From Wallemia ichthyophaga EXF-994 (lineage: Eukaryota > Fungi > Basidiomycota): a stretch of 32,000 bases of DNA. Below, in pieces: positions 21,601 to 32,000 of this stretch. The position numbers and the translations under genes were made by a program. The notes beneath the pieces are model-generated. The model did no database searches. It worked only from the letters and a program-made list of their open reading frames with translations, and was not told the origin of the DNA. Where the stretch lies: NCBI RefSeq assembly GCF_000400465.1, contig NW_008806286.1, positions 293,865 to 325,864 on the forward strand. Direction: 5' to 3'. Position 1 is the first letter of the stretch, and each line of letters opens with the position of its first letter.

Positions 21601-21928
21601 ATTTCGTGCTCAACGGGTAACCCGTGGCAATCCCAGCCAAAACGACGTGGAACGTGATAGCCAGAAGAAGCAGCGTGGCGGGTAACGATATCTTTTACGG
21701 TACCTGCGAGTAAATGACCGTAATGAGGCAAACCAGTTGCAAAAGGAGGACCATCGTAGAAAGAGAAAGTCTGTTTGCCTTCAGAATGCTTGAGTTGAGT
21801 TCTAAAGGCGTCAATATCACGCCAATAAGCGAGTACTTTAGATTCCTAGGGGTTGCTTGAGTTTTTCAAGTGTATCAAGTCGAACGACTTACCTCCACGG
21901 GGAAATTGAACTGAGAATTTACTATCAT
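18616..21928 (-). CDS. ILS1: Cytosolic isoleucyl-tRNA synthetase
   Basis: FYDGPPFATGLPHYGH (HIGH motif), GWDCHGLP, DWNVSRNRYWGTP, EGLDQTRGWF, KKMSKS (KMSKS). Introns 21846-21892 and 19961-20007. Confidence 0.98.
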
Positions 21929-22044
21929 ATTTTATAAGAATCCCTTAAAATTAAAAGCCCTCACTTACTCTCATAAGAACCGAAATCTTTGCTATCTCTC
22001 GACATGGCTGGTAAAAACGAAGACGTCGGATTTCACCAACGACG

Positions 22045-24071
22045 ATGACCACTAAAAATTTAAAAAGAGAGGGCAGTAACGGTGATAGTGGAGATGGCGC
22101 TGTCACTGGTGATACACAGCCACCAAAAAGGCAAAAGACAGATCTCATTCAACTCACTGACGACGACATTGACAAGATCTACGATGAATTCAATCTAGAG
22201 AGTAATCTACCACCTTCCACGAGATTGCTGAGAAATGAGTATGGTCCACCGCCGAAGAAGCTTTTTCTCCAAGAAGCTGACGCAGGTTTACTCGAATACA
22301 TGGATAGATCAGTTTCAGCAATTTCTGGTATTGTAAAGCACAGATTTACTGATTTCTTTGTTAATGAGATCAACGAGCTCGATGACGTTGTCAGACTTAG
22401 TGATTTGTCTTTACCTGCTGATCAATTGGTTGATTCACGCCTCAAAGCCCAGGAACAGGCTGACAAGCTCGATGTTAAGGTGTGTAGGCGCTTTTACTAT
22501 TTCTCACCTTAACAAGACCCTAGCAATGGCCTGAAGACGCCTACGACCACCTCTCAAACAAGCTAAACAATGAAACAATCGAGAAAATTAAACATCTCAC
22601 TCTTGCTGGTCCTTCAGACGATACAGTCACTACAGAATCACTCGGAGATGACAAAGAAGCGAGAAGAAGTGTTCATGATATCGTACGCGCTGTTTTTGGT
22701 GGTAGATTCGATACATCTGCTACACCTGCCTCTGAAATAACTATTAAGTGGGTCAGAGGTGGTAAACCACGCAAGGAGCCAAACCAATTCGATAAAGAAC
22801 ACCCTTACATTCACTTTACTCTCCAGAAAAGCAATAGAGACTCGAGTGATACTATGAATCACCTCTCACGCATGCTGAAAATTAAAGACAAACTTATCAA
22901 CGTTGCCGGTACAAAAGACAAGCGTGGTATTACAACTCAGCGCGTCTGTATCAAGAGAGGCGGCTTGACATTGCAAGACGTTTGGAAAAGAGTTAACAAC
23001 GCAGGCACTGCTGAAGAGAAGGAGAGGAAGAAGTGCAGAAGGACTATTGAAGAGGCCTTATCAGAGAGGGGAGAGAGAGGCTGCAGGATTGGTGACCTTT
23101 CGTACGCAACTAAGAACTTCGATTTGGGTAATTTGAATGGCAACAGATTTGGAATAATTTTGAGAGACGTTGAGTGCGACAGTGAGGAAACTATCCACGC
23201 ATCACTCAAAGTACTATCGGAAAGAGGTTTCATTAATTACTTTGGTATGCAGAGATTCGGTACTTCAGTAGTACCAACTCACTATATTGGATGGCTTCTC
23301 CTGAAAATGGACTGGGAAGGTGCATGTAGCAGCATACTCCGCGTACAACCCAACGAAGATGAAGAATGCGTTAGAGGAAGGAAGGCATGGCTGGATGATA
23401 ACAACGCCAACGCCGCGCTCAAGATACTGCCAAGGAAAATGGTAGCAGAGAGATCAATAATCGATCACCTCAAGAAGCAACCAAAAGACTTTTTGGGTGC
23501 ATTGGGAAAAATACCGCGCAACTTACGCACAATGTATGTACACGCGTACCAATCCTACATCTGGAACGCAGCGGTTAGTAAGAGAATTAAAGATTTCGGG
23601 TTAAGTGTAGTTGCTGGAGATCTAGTGATGGAGGGTGAGCAAGTAAAAAGAGTTGAAGACGGGGAATTAGACAAATACAAGATATATGACGTGATTATGC
23701 CACTTGCAGGCCATAACACCATGTATCCAGGTGGACAAGTTGGAGACAAGTACAAGGAGATGCTCAAGACGGATCATTTGGATTGGGAAAAGCTTTGGAG
23801 ACCTCAAAGGGAGTATTCGATGGAGGGTAGCTATAGAAAGATGGTACACCTACCAAAGGATGTTAAGTGGGAAGTGATAAAGTATGTTACAGGTGACGAG
23901 CAGCTTCTCAAGTCAGCAGAGGAGGAGATGTTAGGACTACCAGTCGACAAGGTGGAAGGGGAGAAGAGAAATACGGCAGTAAGCATGAGCTTCAACTTGG
24001 GAAGTGGAACTTATGCGACGATGCTGCTGAGGGAGATACTCAAAGGAAATGAGAAAAGGGTGCATGGGTGA
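22045..24071 (+). CDS. PUS7: TruD-family pseudouridine synthase Pus7
   Basis: GIVKHRFTDFFVNEI, catalytic AGTKDKRGITTQ, GNLNGNRFGIILR, FINYFGMQRFG, MYVHAYQSYIWN, GTYATMLLRE. Intron 22480-22523. Confidence 0.96.
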
Positions 24072-24095
24072 AAACACGCAAGATGCATGAAATTT

Positions 24096-24662
24096 TTACT
24101 TTAGTTGACTAACGTTGTCTAATCTATCTAAGAAGGATTGAGTAGTTTTGATGGAGTGCTTTCTAACATCTCTAGCTTGGTTAAACTCGGAAGGCAAGAT
24201 TATGGAGTCTAATTTGAGGATGGATTGAAGGAGAAGTTCCTGTAAGACCAGTTTGGACTGCTCAGTAGGGGAAGACTCAAACTGCTCTAGCTGTGGCTGT
24301 AGAGGAAGAACGTTGTTGTTCAGAATGTTCTCAATAGTGTTTACGAGTTGCTGCTGCTTATCGATGTTCTGCGAGTGGTTGACGAGGACCATGATGGTAG
24401 AGTTATTTGAAATTTTCAAATCGTCAAGTGATCTACTAGAGTCTCTAATGACTAAACCTTTGTAAATAAGCTTGAATTGGTCTTGTGGGATGCTTAGCTG
24501 AGTCGATAGCTTTTCCAAGAGTTGATAGAGCGGCTGGCTTGAATTATTGAAGGGAATCTGAATATTAGAAGCCTTGTAGTTAAAATTAATTTTTTTATTT
24601 ATATTCAAAACCATTAGAAGGAATATAAGTGTTGTGAGTGTTAGAATCACGGTGACCAACAT
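24096..24662 (-). CDS. BAG-family Hsp70 co-chaperone: N-terminal TM helix, ubiquitin-like domain, BAG domain
   Basis: Hydrophobic first ~20 aa, UBL segment (FKLIYKGLVI...LDDLKISNNSTIMVL), BAG segment (ELLLQSILKLDSI...ARDVRKHSIKTTQSFLDRLD). Confidence 0.85.
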   Translation of the reverse strand: MLVTVILTLTTLIFLLMVLNINKKINFNYKASNIQIPFNNSSQPLYQLLEKLSTQLSIPQDQFKLIYKGLVIRDSSRSLDDLKISNNSTIMVLVNHSQNIDKQQQLVNTIENILNNNVLPLQPQLEQFESSPTEQSKLVLQELLLQSILKLDSIILPSEFNQARDVRKHSIKTTQSFLDRLDNVSQLK

Positions 24663-24672
24663 CGACTAAGAA

Positions 24673-27470
24673 ATGAATTCACCGGAGAGTGTTTATATGT
24701 CCCCGTATTTGGGTGGATATAGTAGGGGATATGGCTGGACGAGTGGTAGTCAAGATGCCAATACACAGGCTATGAGCAGCACCACGGGCACAACGGGGAC
24801 AACACCGATCCCAACGAATCCAACGACGTCACTCACTCTAAACCTATCCAACGTATACAACAAATGCAACAACCTTTACAACTATAAACCTTCTAATAAC
24901 CCCCGCCGCGTACTCACAAAACCTTCAAAGCCAATTCATAATCAAGGATACGATAATCAGGATAATGACTATATTTTATATGTCAATGATTGGTTGGGTG
25001 GCGGTGGTAACAATAATTATCTTATTATTGATATTCTCGGTCAAGGGACCTTCGGTCAGGTTGCTAAGTGCCAGAATGTAAACACTGGTGAAATTGTCGC
25101 GATAAAGGTTATTAAGAATAAACCTGCGTACTTTAATCAATCTATGATGGAGGTTACGATACTTGAATTACTCAACAATCAGTTCGATTTCAAAGACAAT
25201 CATCATATTCTTCGTTTACTGGATCAATTCATCCACTGTAAACATCTATGTTTAGTCTTCGAGCTTCTCTCCTCCAACCTCTACGAATTGATCAAACAGA
25301 ATTCCTTTAGAGGCCTTTCCACTTCCCTCGTCAAAGTTTTCACTGCTCAACTTCTCGACGCGCTCGTCATCCTTAATCAAGCGAGACTCATCCACTGCGA
25401 TCTGAAACCTGAGAATATCCTCCTCAAATCCCTCCAATCCCCTCAGATTAAGATTATCGACTTTGGCTCTGCATGTCATGAAAGACAGACTGTCTACACT
25501 TACATTCAGTCTAGATTCTATCGCTCTCCTGAAGTTTTACTTGGCATGCCTTACTCCTCCGCCATCGACATCTGGTCCTTGGGTTGTATTGCTGTCGAAC
25601 TCTTTCTTGGTTTGCCTCTCTTCCCAGGCACATCCGAGTATAATCAGATTTCTAGAATCGTTGACATGCTCGGTCTACCTCCCGCTTTCATGCTTCAGTC
25701 TGGTAAGCAGTCGGCTGAATTTTTCGAACAATATATCGATCAATTCGGACAACCCCAGTTTAAGCTCAAAAGTCTCGAAAAATTTTCTCAAGAACACAAC
25801 ACTCAGGAGCAGCCTTCAAAGAAATACTTCTCTGCTTCCACTCTCCCAGAAATTATCAAGCAATACCCTATTCCTTCCTCCAAGGCCAGGTCTGACAGTG
25901 ATTTGCAGAAGGAGCATGCAAACAGACTGAGCTTCATTCATTTTGTTCAGGGTTTGTTGAATATGAATCCTATTGAGGTGCGTGATATCTATATTGCGCT
26001 GTGCCATAATTAACACACCTTCCAGCGCTGGTCTCCTCAGCAAGCCAGACTCCACCCCTTTATTACTGGTGAGCAGTTCACTGGAAGCTGGTCACCGCCC
26101 AACCTTCCCTCTGGAAACAAGTCGGGCTCTCCTTCAGGTTCTACTTTACACTCCAACAGCAGCGCTACCATGTCACCCAGCTCATCCTCACAATACAACG
26201 CCAACGCTAGCGCTATGCCAACAGCCGCTCCAGCAAGCGTACCTACCACACCCAACGTTGATCAGATGAGACCTTATGGCGGTCTCCAGACGTCAAAGTC
26301 ACCTCAACGTCCGTCTTACCAATCTGCTCAGGCGTACAACCAGCAGTTGGCAAGCCAAAGCAACTATATGGGCCAGCAAACATCATCTCAAATGGCCAAT
26401 GCTAATGCCTATAGAAATCCTTTCCCTCCTCCTCCCTCTGCTCAGACCAACAAAGCTCAACCTCCGCTTCCACCAGGTGCACCAAGATACCAGAAACAAA
26501 ACGTCTATCCGGGTGAGTTGGATGGTTTGTTGGTGATCAAGTATGCTAACTTTACCTTGCAGTAAGCTACCAAACTATGCCACCACCACCACCACCACCT
26601 CAAACTAAACAATGGGGCTCAACGCAATCAGCTCACCCTGCACAGATGGATGTCATACCTCCGCAGCTCGCTAGAATCGCCGCCATGTCAAGTCACGAGA
26701 ATCTCGGCAGAGGATCGTCGATGACACCAATAATCAACAGAGACGAAGCGATGCGCGAGTGGGAAAGACGTAATAAGCCAGTATCACTTGGAGGAGGAGG
26801 AAATGCCGGAGCGACGACGACAGCCGCAGTCACCACAACGCCTGGTGGGCACCAAAAGAGAAACAGTTGGCAGCAGTACCAGCAGTATCCGCAGCTTGAA
26901 TATCTTCAGGAACAAGCTGAGAGGGCAGCGTCGCAGAGCTACATGAATCAAGCGAGGGCTTATGCAGGTGTAGGTATGGGTGTGGGAGCGAATGCAAGTG
27001 CACCACACCAACCCCCACCACCACCACCAGCTAGCAATATGAATGTCGTTATGGATCCCATGGTGAACATGCGCCCGGGTTACTTCGACAGCTACACGGC
27101 ACCACCCCCATCTGGAAATGGAGATATGGGTGCGATGTATGTCCCTCTCGCACAGCCACAGAATAGCATGAGTATGAATATGTATAACTCTCAACCACCT
27201 ACACCGTCAAGTTACCAATCTCCAGCTACTGCCCCCGTCAATCCGAGCGCACCTGCAAGCACCACCAACGTTAACGTTAACGCTAACAATAACGCTAACG
27301 CTTACATGATACCTCCACCACAATCTCACGCTCATCCTCACGCTCATCCTCACACTCACCCTCAAACTCACATGCATCCCCCAGCCGCGCCTCAGTCCTC
27401 CCTCGTCAGGAGCTACTCCAACTCAAATACCGCTTACTACGATCCTAGATACCCAAGACAGGCTAGGTGA
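24673..27470 (+). CDS. YAK1: DYRK-family kinase Yak1
   Basis: RRVLTKPS...GYDNQDNDYILYV, LGQGTFGQV, HCDLKPEN, DFG, activation loop YTYIQSRFYRSPE. Introns 25978-26025 and 26513-26562. Q/P/H-rich tail. The start could be a later ATG (24697 or 24772). Confidence 0.93.
27325..27375 (+). repeat. 12-nt repeat encoding HAHPHAHPHTHPQTH
   Basis: cacgctcatcct cacgctcatcct cacactcaccct caaactcac. Confidence 0.8.
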
Positions 27471-27642
27471 GTGTGTCGCTGGACTACTTGACGAACATGA
27501 CTAGAAGATGCTCGAATATGAAATTTCAAATGAGATATACAAAATGCTTCCCTGATGAATTCTTTTTTTTTTTTTCTCACACAATACTCTCATGTAAGAT
27601 GAATGATTTTTTTAGATGTCTTGGTTGAATACAAGAAAAACA

Positions 27643-29421
27643 TTAGTTTACCTCTTTGGACAGAATATCGTAGTAGTTGCCATTATTCAGAGCTAGATTC
27701 TGCATCAAAGTGTGGCTAACATCAGCAGCATCATCAACACCAGCTTGTACATGCGCGAACAGCTCACTTGCAAATTTTTCACTCGTTGCTATCCGTTCTG
27801 CTGAATCGCGCGCACCGGCAAGGTTGTAGCCAGAAGGGCCCAGCTGCAAAGCGGCGAGACCGCCAGTGACAAAGAGTGGTGTTTGGTGATCTCCAGGTAT
27901 ATCACTCTCCAATTCCAAATTAAGATTTTCCGTTATATGCGGCAGGCCCTGTGTGCTCTTAACTGGGTTCTCGCTGAGGAACTGTTTCAGAAAGTCTATT
28001 TTGTTTATGTCAATACTCGAGCCAGTAGCAGCGACGAGATAATCAAATTTGAGATTGTCCATGTGGTGCACGTGGGGTGTTTCGCGAGAGCGACTGGTAT
28101 TCTTCCTAGTCACTGCACATACATCCCACAAACACTCATCGCGTACAAGCTTGGTTACTTGCGTACACGTGTGTATCTTGAGCACTCCGCAACTCTCCAG
28201 CTCGCGCAACCTCTTGTAGTAGGGTACGTTGACGCTGCCACCATTGCGCGCATTCTTGATCATCTCCATCCGCGCATTCATGCACTCCTCCTGCCAGAAA
28301 ATCATCTTGTTCAAGTTCTGGTATTTATCGATCCACTGTGTGTCGAAATCGAACGGCTTGACGGAGATGTCTGAGCGAATCAAAAGTGTTATATCGCGCA
28401 CGCCGTTCTTGTACGCTTTATCGACAACTTGCGCAGACGTGAGACTGTTGGGGAGAGTTAGAAGAGGCCGTTAATAAAGACAACTCACTCACCCTCCTCC
28501 TATCACTAACAGACGTGATCCTGGTTTTTGCAGGGCTGGTCCCGGGAAAGTATACCCAGGGCGCGCAAATACTGATGTGTGGCACCATCCTTCGCCCTCT
28601 AAACCAATCTGATTGTTATTGTGCGTTGTTTTGTCGCTGAGATAAGTTGGCAAATTTGCACAATTGTTGTTCCCTATAGCCAAAACGACAGTCTTGGCAA
28701 GGGCATGCTCGCCATCCTGCTTGATCACCTTGAAAAGTTTCTCAGGGTGGTTCTCGTCATGGTAGTCGTAGCTGAGGTTCGTAATTTCACCGTGCTCCAC
28801 CACCCCATCCAACCCGTAATACTTCTCTATATCGTCGCGACAAAAATCGAAGAAACAGCCAGAAGTTGCCGTCTGGAAATCTTCCCGGTAGCGCTCATTA
28901 ATTGGATCCTCGTTCGTCGCCCTCTTTCCGTTCTTCGCCTGTCGCTTCTTGTGCTTGCTCACCTCTTTGCCGACAACGCCGGGAATTTCCCTGAGGTGGT
29001 AATTGTTCGCGTAAGCATAGCTCAGTAAGGCGTCGACATCCCGAGGATTCGAGTGGAAGAACATAGGCGAGCGCATGTACTCTATTTCCAAACCTTTGAA
29101 GAGATTGTGAAAATTCGCACAGAACTTCTTCTCAGGCGTGCCGTTGGTGTGAGTCCATGGGCTTTTATCAAATACGCGGACGTTTAATCCACTCAGTGTG
29201 TTTCGATGTCTTATCAGTTTCCGTTTGTTGCCTTTAGGTCCACGACGGTGATTTTTCTGTTTGTTGAGAAAGGATAATCTGACATGCTCTAGGTCTGAAT
29301 AGAGTGCACTGGGAGATGGCTCTAATAGACGACTGCATACTGCCAGCGAATGCGGGCCTGCGCCTATTACGATCACGTCACTTATCTCTGCTTGCTTCTG
29401 CTCTAGCTTCGGATTGACCAT
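27643..29421 (-). CDS. Uncharacterised FAD/NAD(P)-dependent oxidoreductase (two-dinucleotide-binding flavoprotein)
   Basis: VIVIGAGPHSL (FAD), MRSPMFFH, VVLAIGN, LLVIGGG|LTSAQ (NAD(P); intron 28445-28492), ATG motif VAATGS, LFVTGGLAALQLGP. Confidence 0.85.
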
Positions 29422-29773
29422 TTTTTAAGAGTGTTTGGGTGTGTTTGACGTATCGGTAATGAGAGCTGCGCGTGAAGCCCCTAAATGCTAAGCACGCCCA
29501 TGTACCACCACCGTTATCGCTGCCGGACCATCACAGTAATGAGGTCATAGCAGTAATGGCTGATCGTGTGATGTTCTTAGTGAAATATGTACGTCTCCGT
29601 TTGCAGCTTTATGAAAGTTTTGGTCTCGAATCAGTTTGTCTTCTTCCCTCACCTCCCATGACCTCTAGGGAAGGCAAGTCAAACTTCCTACACACACTTC
29701 TGCCTTTGCAAAAGCTGACCTCGCTTAAATACAAGTCAAATACTCTAATAAATGCATAGTTTTAAAACAAAAT

Positions 29774-30906
29774 CTACTTGTAAAATGGATATGTAGTATA
29801 GCCTTCAGCTTCGGTGGTGTAGAATGTCTCTGGATCCGCTTTGTTAAGTGGCAAGTTGTGTTTAGCCCTCTGTGGCAAATCTGGGTTAGCTATGAATGTT
29901 TTACCAAACGCAGTGATATCATCGGCGCGCTCAGATATCTCATTCGCATCCTCGAGCGACTTGTTCTGGTTGCTAATCACAGAGATCCCCTTGGCTCTGA
30001 CGACGTCCTTGAGTATATCGCCGTGCTGAAGATCCTCAGGCGTCGATCCATCAATAAAGTGAATGTAAGCAAGCTTGTGTGCATACGTGTTGACAATCTT
30101 CTCGACCAATGGCTTGAAAGTGGATAGTGGTGAAAATTCTCCACGTTCACGCATGCCTTGGAACGTACCGAAGGGGCTCAAACGCAAACCAACGCGGTCA
30201 GCGCCAACTACTTGAACCACATTCTCAAGAACTTCTAGAGCAAATTTGTAGTCATTTGCAGCTCTGTACTCATCTGTGCGCTGATTAGATATATGCTGAA
30301 TAAACTGGTCGATGAGGTAGCCATTTCTAGCGGCGTTTTAGTGGCGTTGCGACTGTTTGTAGAAACCACCTACGCCATGTGAACTTCTACACCATCGAAA
30401 CCAGATTTTTGAACCGCATTAAGTGCAGCTTGGCGATAATGATTAATGTAACGCGCGATATCGTCTTTTGACATTTCGACGACGTCATGATTGTCGTATT
30501 GTCCGGCACTTGGTCCGACAACCTTGGCACCGACTGTCTGTGAAGGCTCAGGGTTAGCAATCCTTCCAAGGGCCCAGAGTTGCGAGAAGATGTAACCGTT
30601 CTTGTTGTGGACAGCTTCAGTGACCTTTTTCCACTGCTCGATCTGATCTTGGCTCCAAATGCCAGGCTCGAGATTTGCAAACGCGGAGCCAGTCTCCTTA
30701 GCGATCAAAGTCGCTTCGGAGATGAGCAAACCACCTTCTGTGGCTCTCTGCGAATAATAAGTTGGTACGATATCTTTTGGAACGCCTGGATCTCCATCAG
30801 CGCCCTTTTGGGTTCTGAGACGAGTCAAGGGTGCTAACGCGATTCTGTGATTGAGGTTGAACGCGCCAACTTGCTTGTTTTTGAATAAAGAAGCGTATTT
30901 TGACAT
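29774..30906 (-). CDS. Old yellow enzyme (FMN-dependent ene-reductase), classical type
   Basis: APLTRLR, YYSQRA, LLISEAT, QLWALGR, catalytic EVHMANGYLIDQF across intron 30327-30373, VGLRLSP, C-terminal TFY...GYTTYP. Confidence 0.93.
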
Positions 30907-31000
30907 TTGGATGTTGCAATAACTCCAAGGCGGTTAGAATTGATTATAAATCACAGTGAGTGCAGATTTTCACTCAAAGTTACCAAGAGAAGTTAGAAGT

Positions 31001-31009
31001 ATCTGATAA
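31001..31009 (+). promoter_or_regulatory. ATCTGATAA, matching the ATCWGATAA consensus of fungal iron-responsive GATA repressors
   Basis: Exact sequence in the OYE/ISA1 divergent intergenic region. Function untested. Confidence 0.35.
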
Positions 31010-31154
31010 ACATTGATAGGTAATTCAGTAGCTCAAGAGAAATATTAGCCACATAAATTGCAACATGATATATCTCAACGATGATTGGTTGAATTATTTA
31101 AGGGACAACCCGGGTAAGGAATTGAATAGGACGATTGTATAAGTTTTTTGGAAG

Positions 31155-31160
31155 TATAAA
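31155..31160 (+). promoter_or_regulatory. Candidate TATA box upstream of ISA1
   Basis: TATAAA 73 nt before the ATG at 31234, in an AT-rich context. Confidence 0.35.
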
Positions 31161-31233
31161 TAAATAAAATTGTCAAGTGATTTCATAGCCTTTGGAATTG
31201 AGTGTAAATTAAGGTTGAACCGGTACAATCAAA

Positions 31234-31988
31234 ATGCTGAGAATAGCAAACGCAAATAAATTAATGAGATCAGGCTATACAGCCATTAGAACGTCTGCAA
31301 GGCTCGCGCAAGCCAATCCAGGCCACCTCCATGCAGATCAACCACCGCCACCTGCGAGGATGGACACCAAGCAATCAAGGCCTACAACTGAGGCTGGCTG
31401 GGATAAGCCACAGGCACACGGCTGGAGCACTCCTTCTACATCCTCTAAAGGCAAGGAAAAGGAGGTGGAATCGAACCAGGCTGCAGCACAACCAGCACAG
31501 CCAACAGGATCAACAGAATCACAATCATCTACAACCCCGTCCAAACCAAAATCCAGACTTAAAGCCCGTTCAGCTGCACTTCAATTGGTGAGCAACATGA
31601 TTAATATATCGTTATCCGCAACTAACAAACGTCATAGTCCCAGAGTGCGGTTGAACAGCTTCGATTCTTAAGCTCATCTAGAGGCGAGCTATTGAGAGTT
31701 GGCGTCAAGAACAAGGGATGTTCTGGAATGTCATATCACTTGGAATATGTCGAAAAACCAGCCAGGTTTGATGAGGTGGTCGAACAAGATGGTGTAAAGG
31801 TCTTGGTGGATTCTAAGGCTCTATTCTCCATCATTGGAAGTACCATGGATTGGGTTGATGACCGGTTATCGTCAGTTACGCTTTTGCCACTCTATCTATC
31901 TAACAACGTTCTCAGATCCAAATTCGTTTTTAACAACCCAAACGTCACAGAAACGTGCGGATGTGGTGAATCTATGAGCTTTAGTTGA
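31234..31988 (+). CDS. ISA1: Mitochondrial A-type Fe-S assembly protein Isa1
   Basis: Presequence, LRVGVKNKGCSGMSYHLEY, VLVDSKALFSIIGSTMDW, FVFNNPN...CGCGES. Introns 31588-31637 and 31871-31915. Confidence 0.95.
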
Positions 31989-32000
31989 GCTTCTTGTGTT

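Noticed and set aside
29472-29759. 95-aa ORF between the flavoprotein and OYE
   Set aside because: GTG start, no motif, and it overlaps the expected promoter and 3' UTR of the flanking minus-strand genes.
7700-31988. JAC1 and ISA1 as an Fe-S gene cluster
   Set aside because: They are 23 kb apart with about 14 unrelated genes between them, as expected by chance in a gene-dense genome.
1-32000. CRISPR arrays, transposons, rRNA/tRNA genes, prokaryotic operons
   Set aside because: All repeats are short coding or low-complexity tracts. I saw no spacer arrays, terminal repeats, transposase/RT motifs or cloverleafs, and the spliceosomal introns show the DNA is eukaryotic. Small ncRNAs in the gaps cannot be excluded without an Infernal/tRNAscan search.

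Overview
Eukaryotic (fungal, basidiomycete-like) genomic DNA with extremely dense genes. About 23 protein-coding genes fill the window. The 27 GT-AG introns I could place by hand in the complete genes are all 43-59 nt, and many intergenic gaps are only 10-120 nt. This architecture plus a class I hydrophobin fits Wallemia, but that is an inference with no database search. Gene order: truncated membrane/secreted protein (-), condensin Cnd1/Ycs4 (+), orphan 94-aa protein (+), MRPL20 (-), RRP46 (+), eIF1A (+), LSM7 (-), RPC19/AC19 (-), JAC1 (+), RanBD protein Yrb2-like (-, frameshifted in a repeat), GRAM-TBC-EF-hand Rab GAP (+), MGS1 (-), hydrophobin (+), MRPS9 (-), DAD2 (+), Pmp3-family protein (+), probable decayed gene (+), ILS1 (-), PUS7 (+), TM-UBL-BAG protein (-), YAK1 (+), FAD-dependent oxidoreductase (-), old yellow enzyme (-), ISA1 (+). 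I saw no rRNA, tRNA, transposon or CRISPR. Most of the content is housekeeping, and I found no convincing new multi-gene system. The best leads are regulatory. Divergent start codons lie only 10-35 nt apart, MCB-type ACGCGT sites fall in introns of chromosome-segregation genes, and an ATCTGATAA/CCAAT pair sits at the flavoprotein-OYE-ISA1 locus. There are also two gene-like units the ORF track misses: a spliced orphan microprotein and a probable pseudogene. All exon models were derived by eye.
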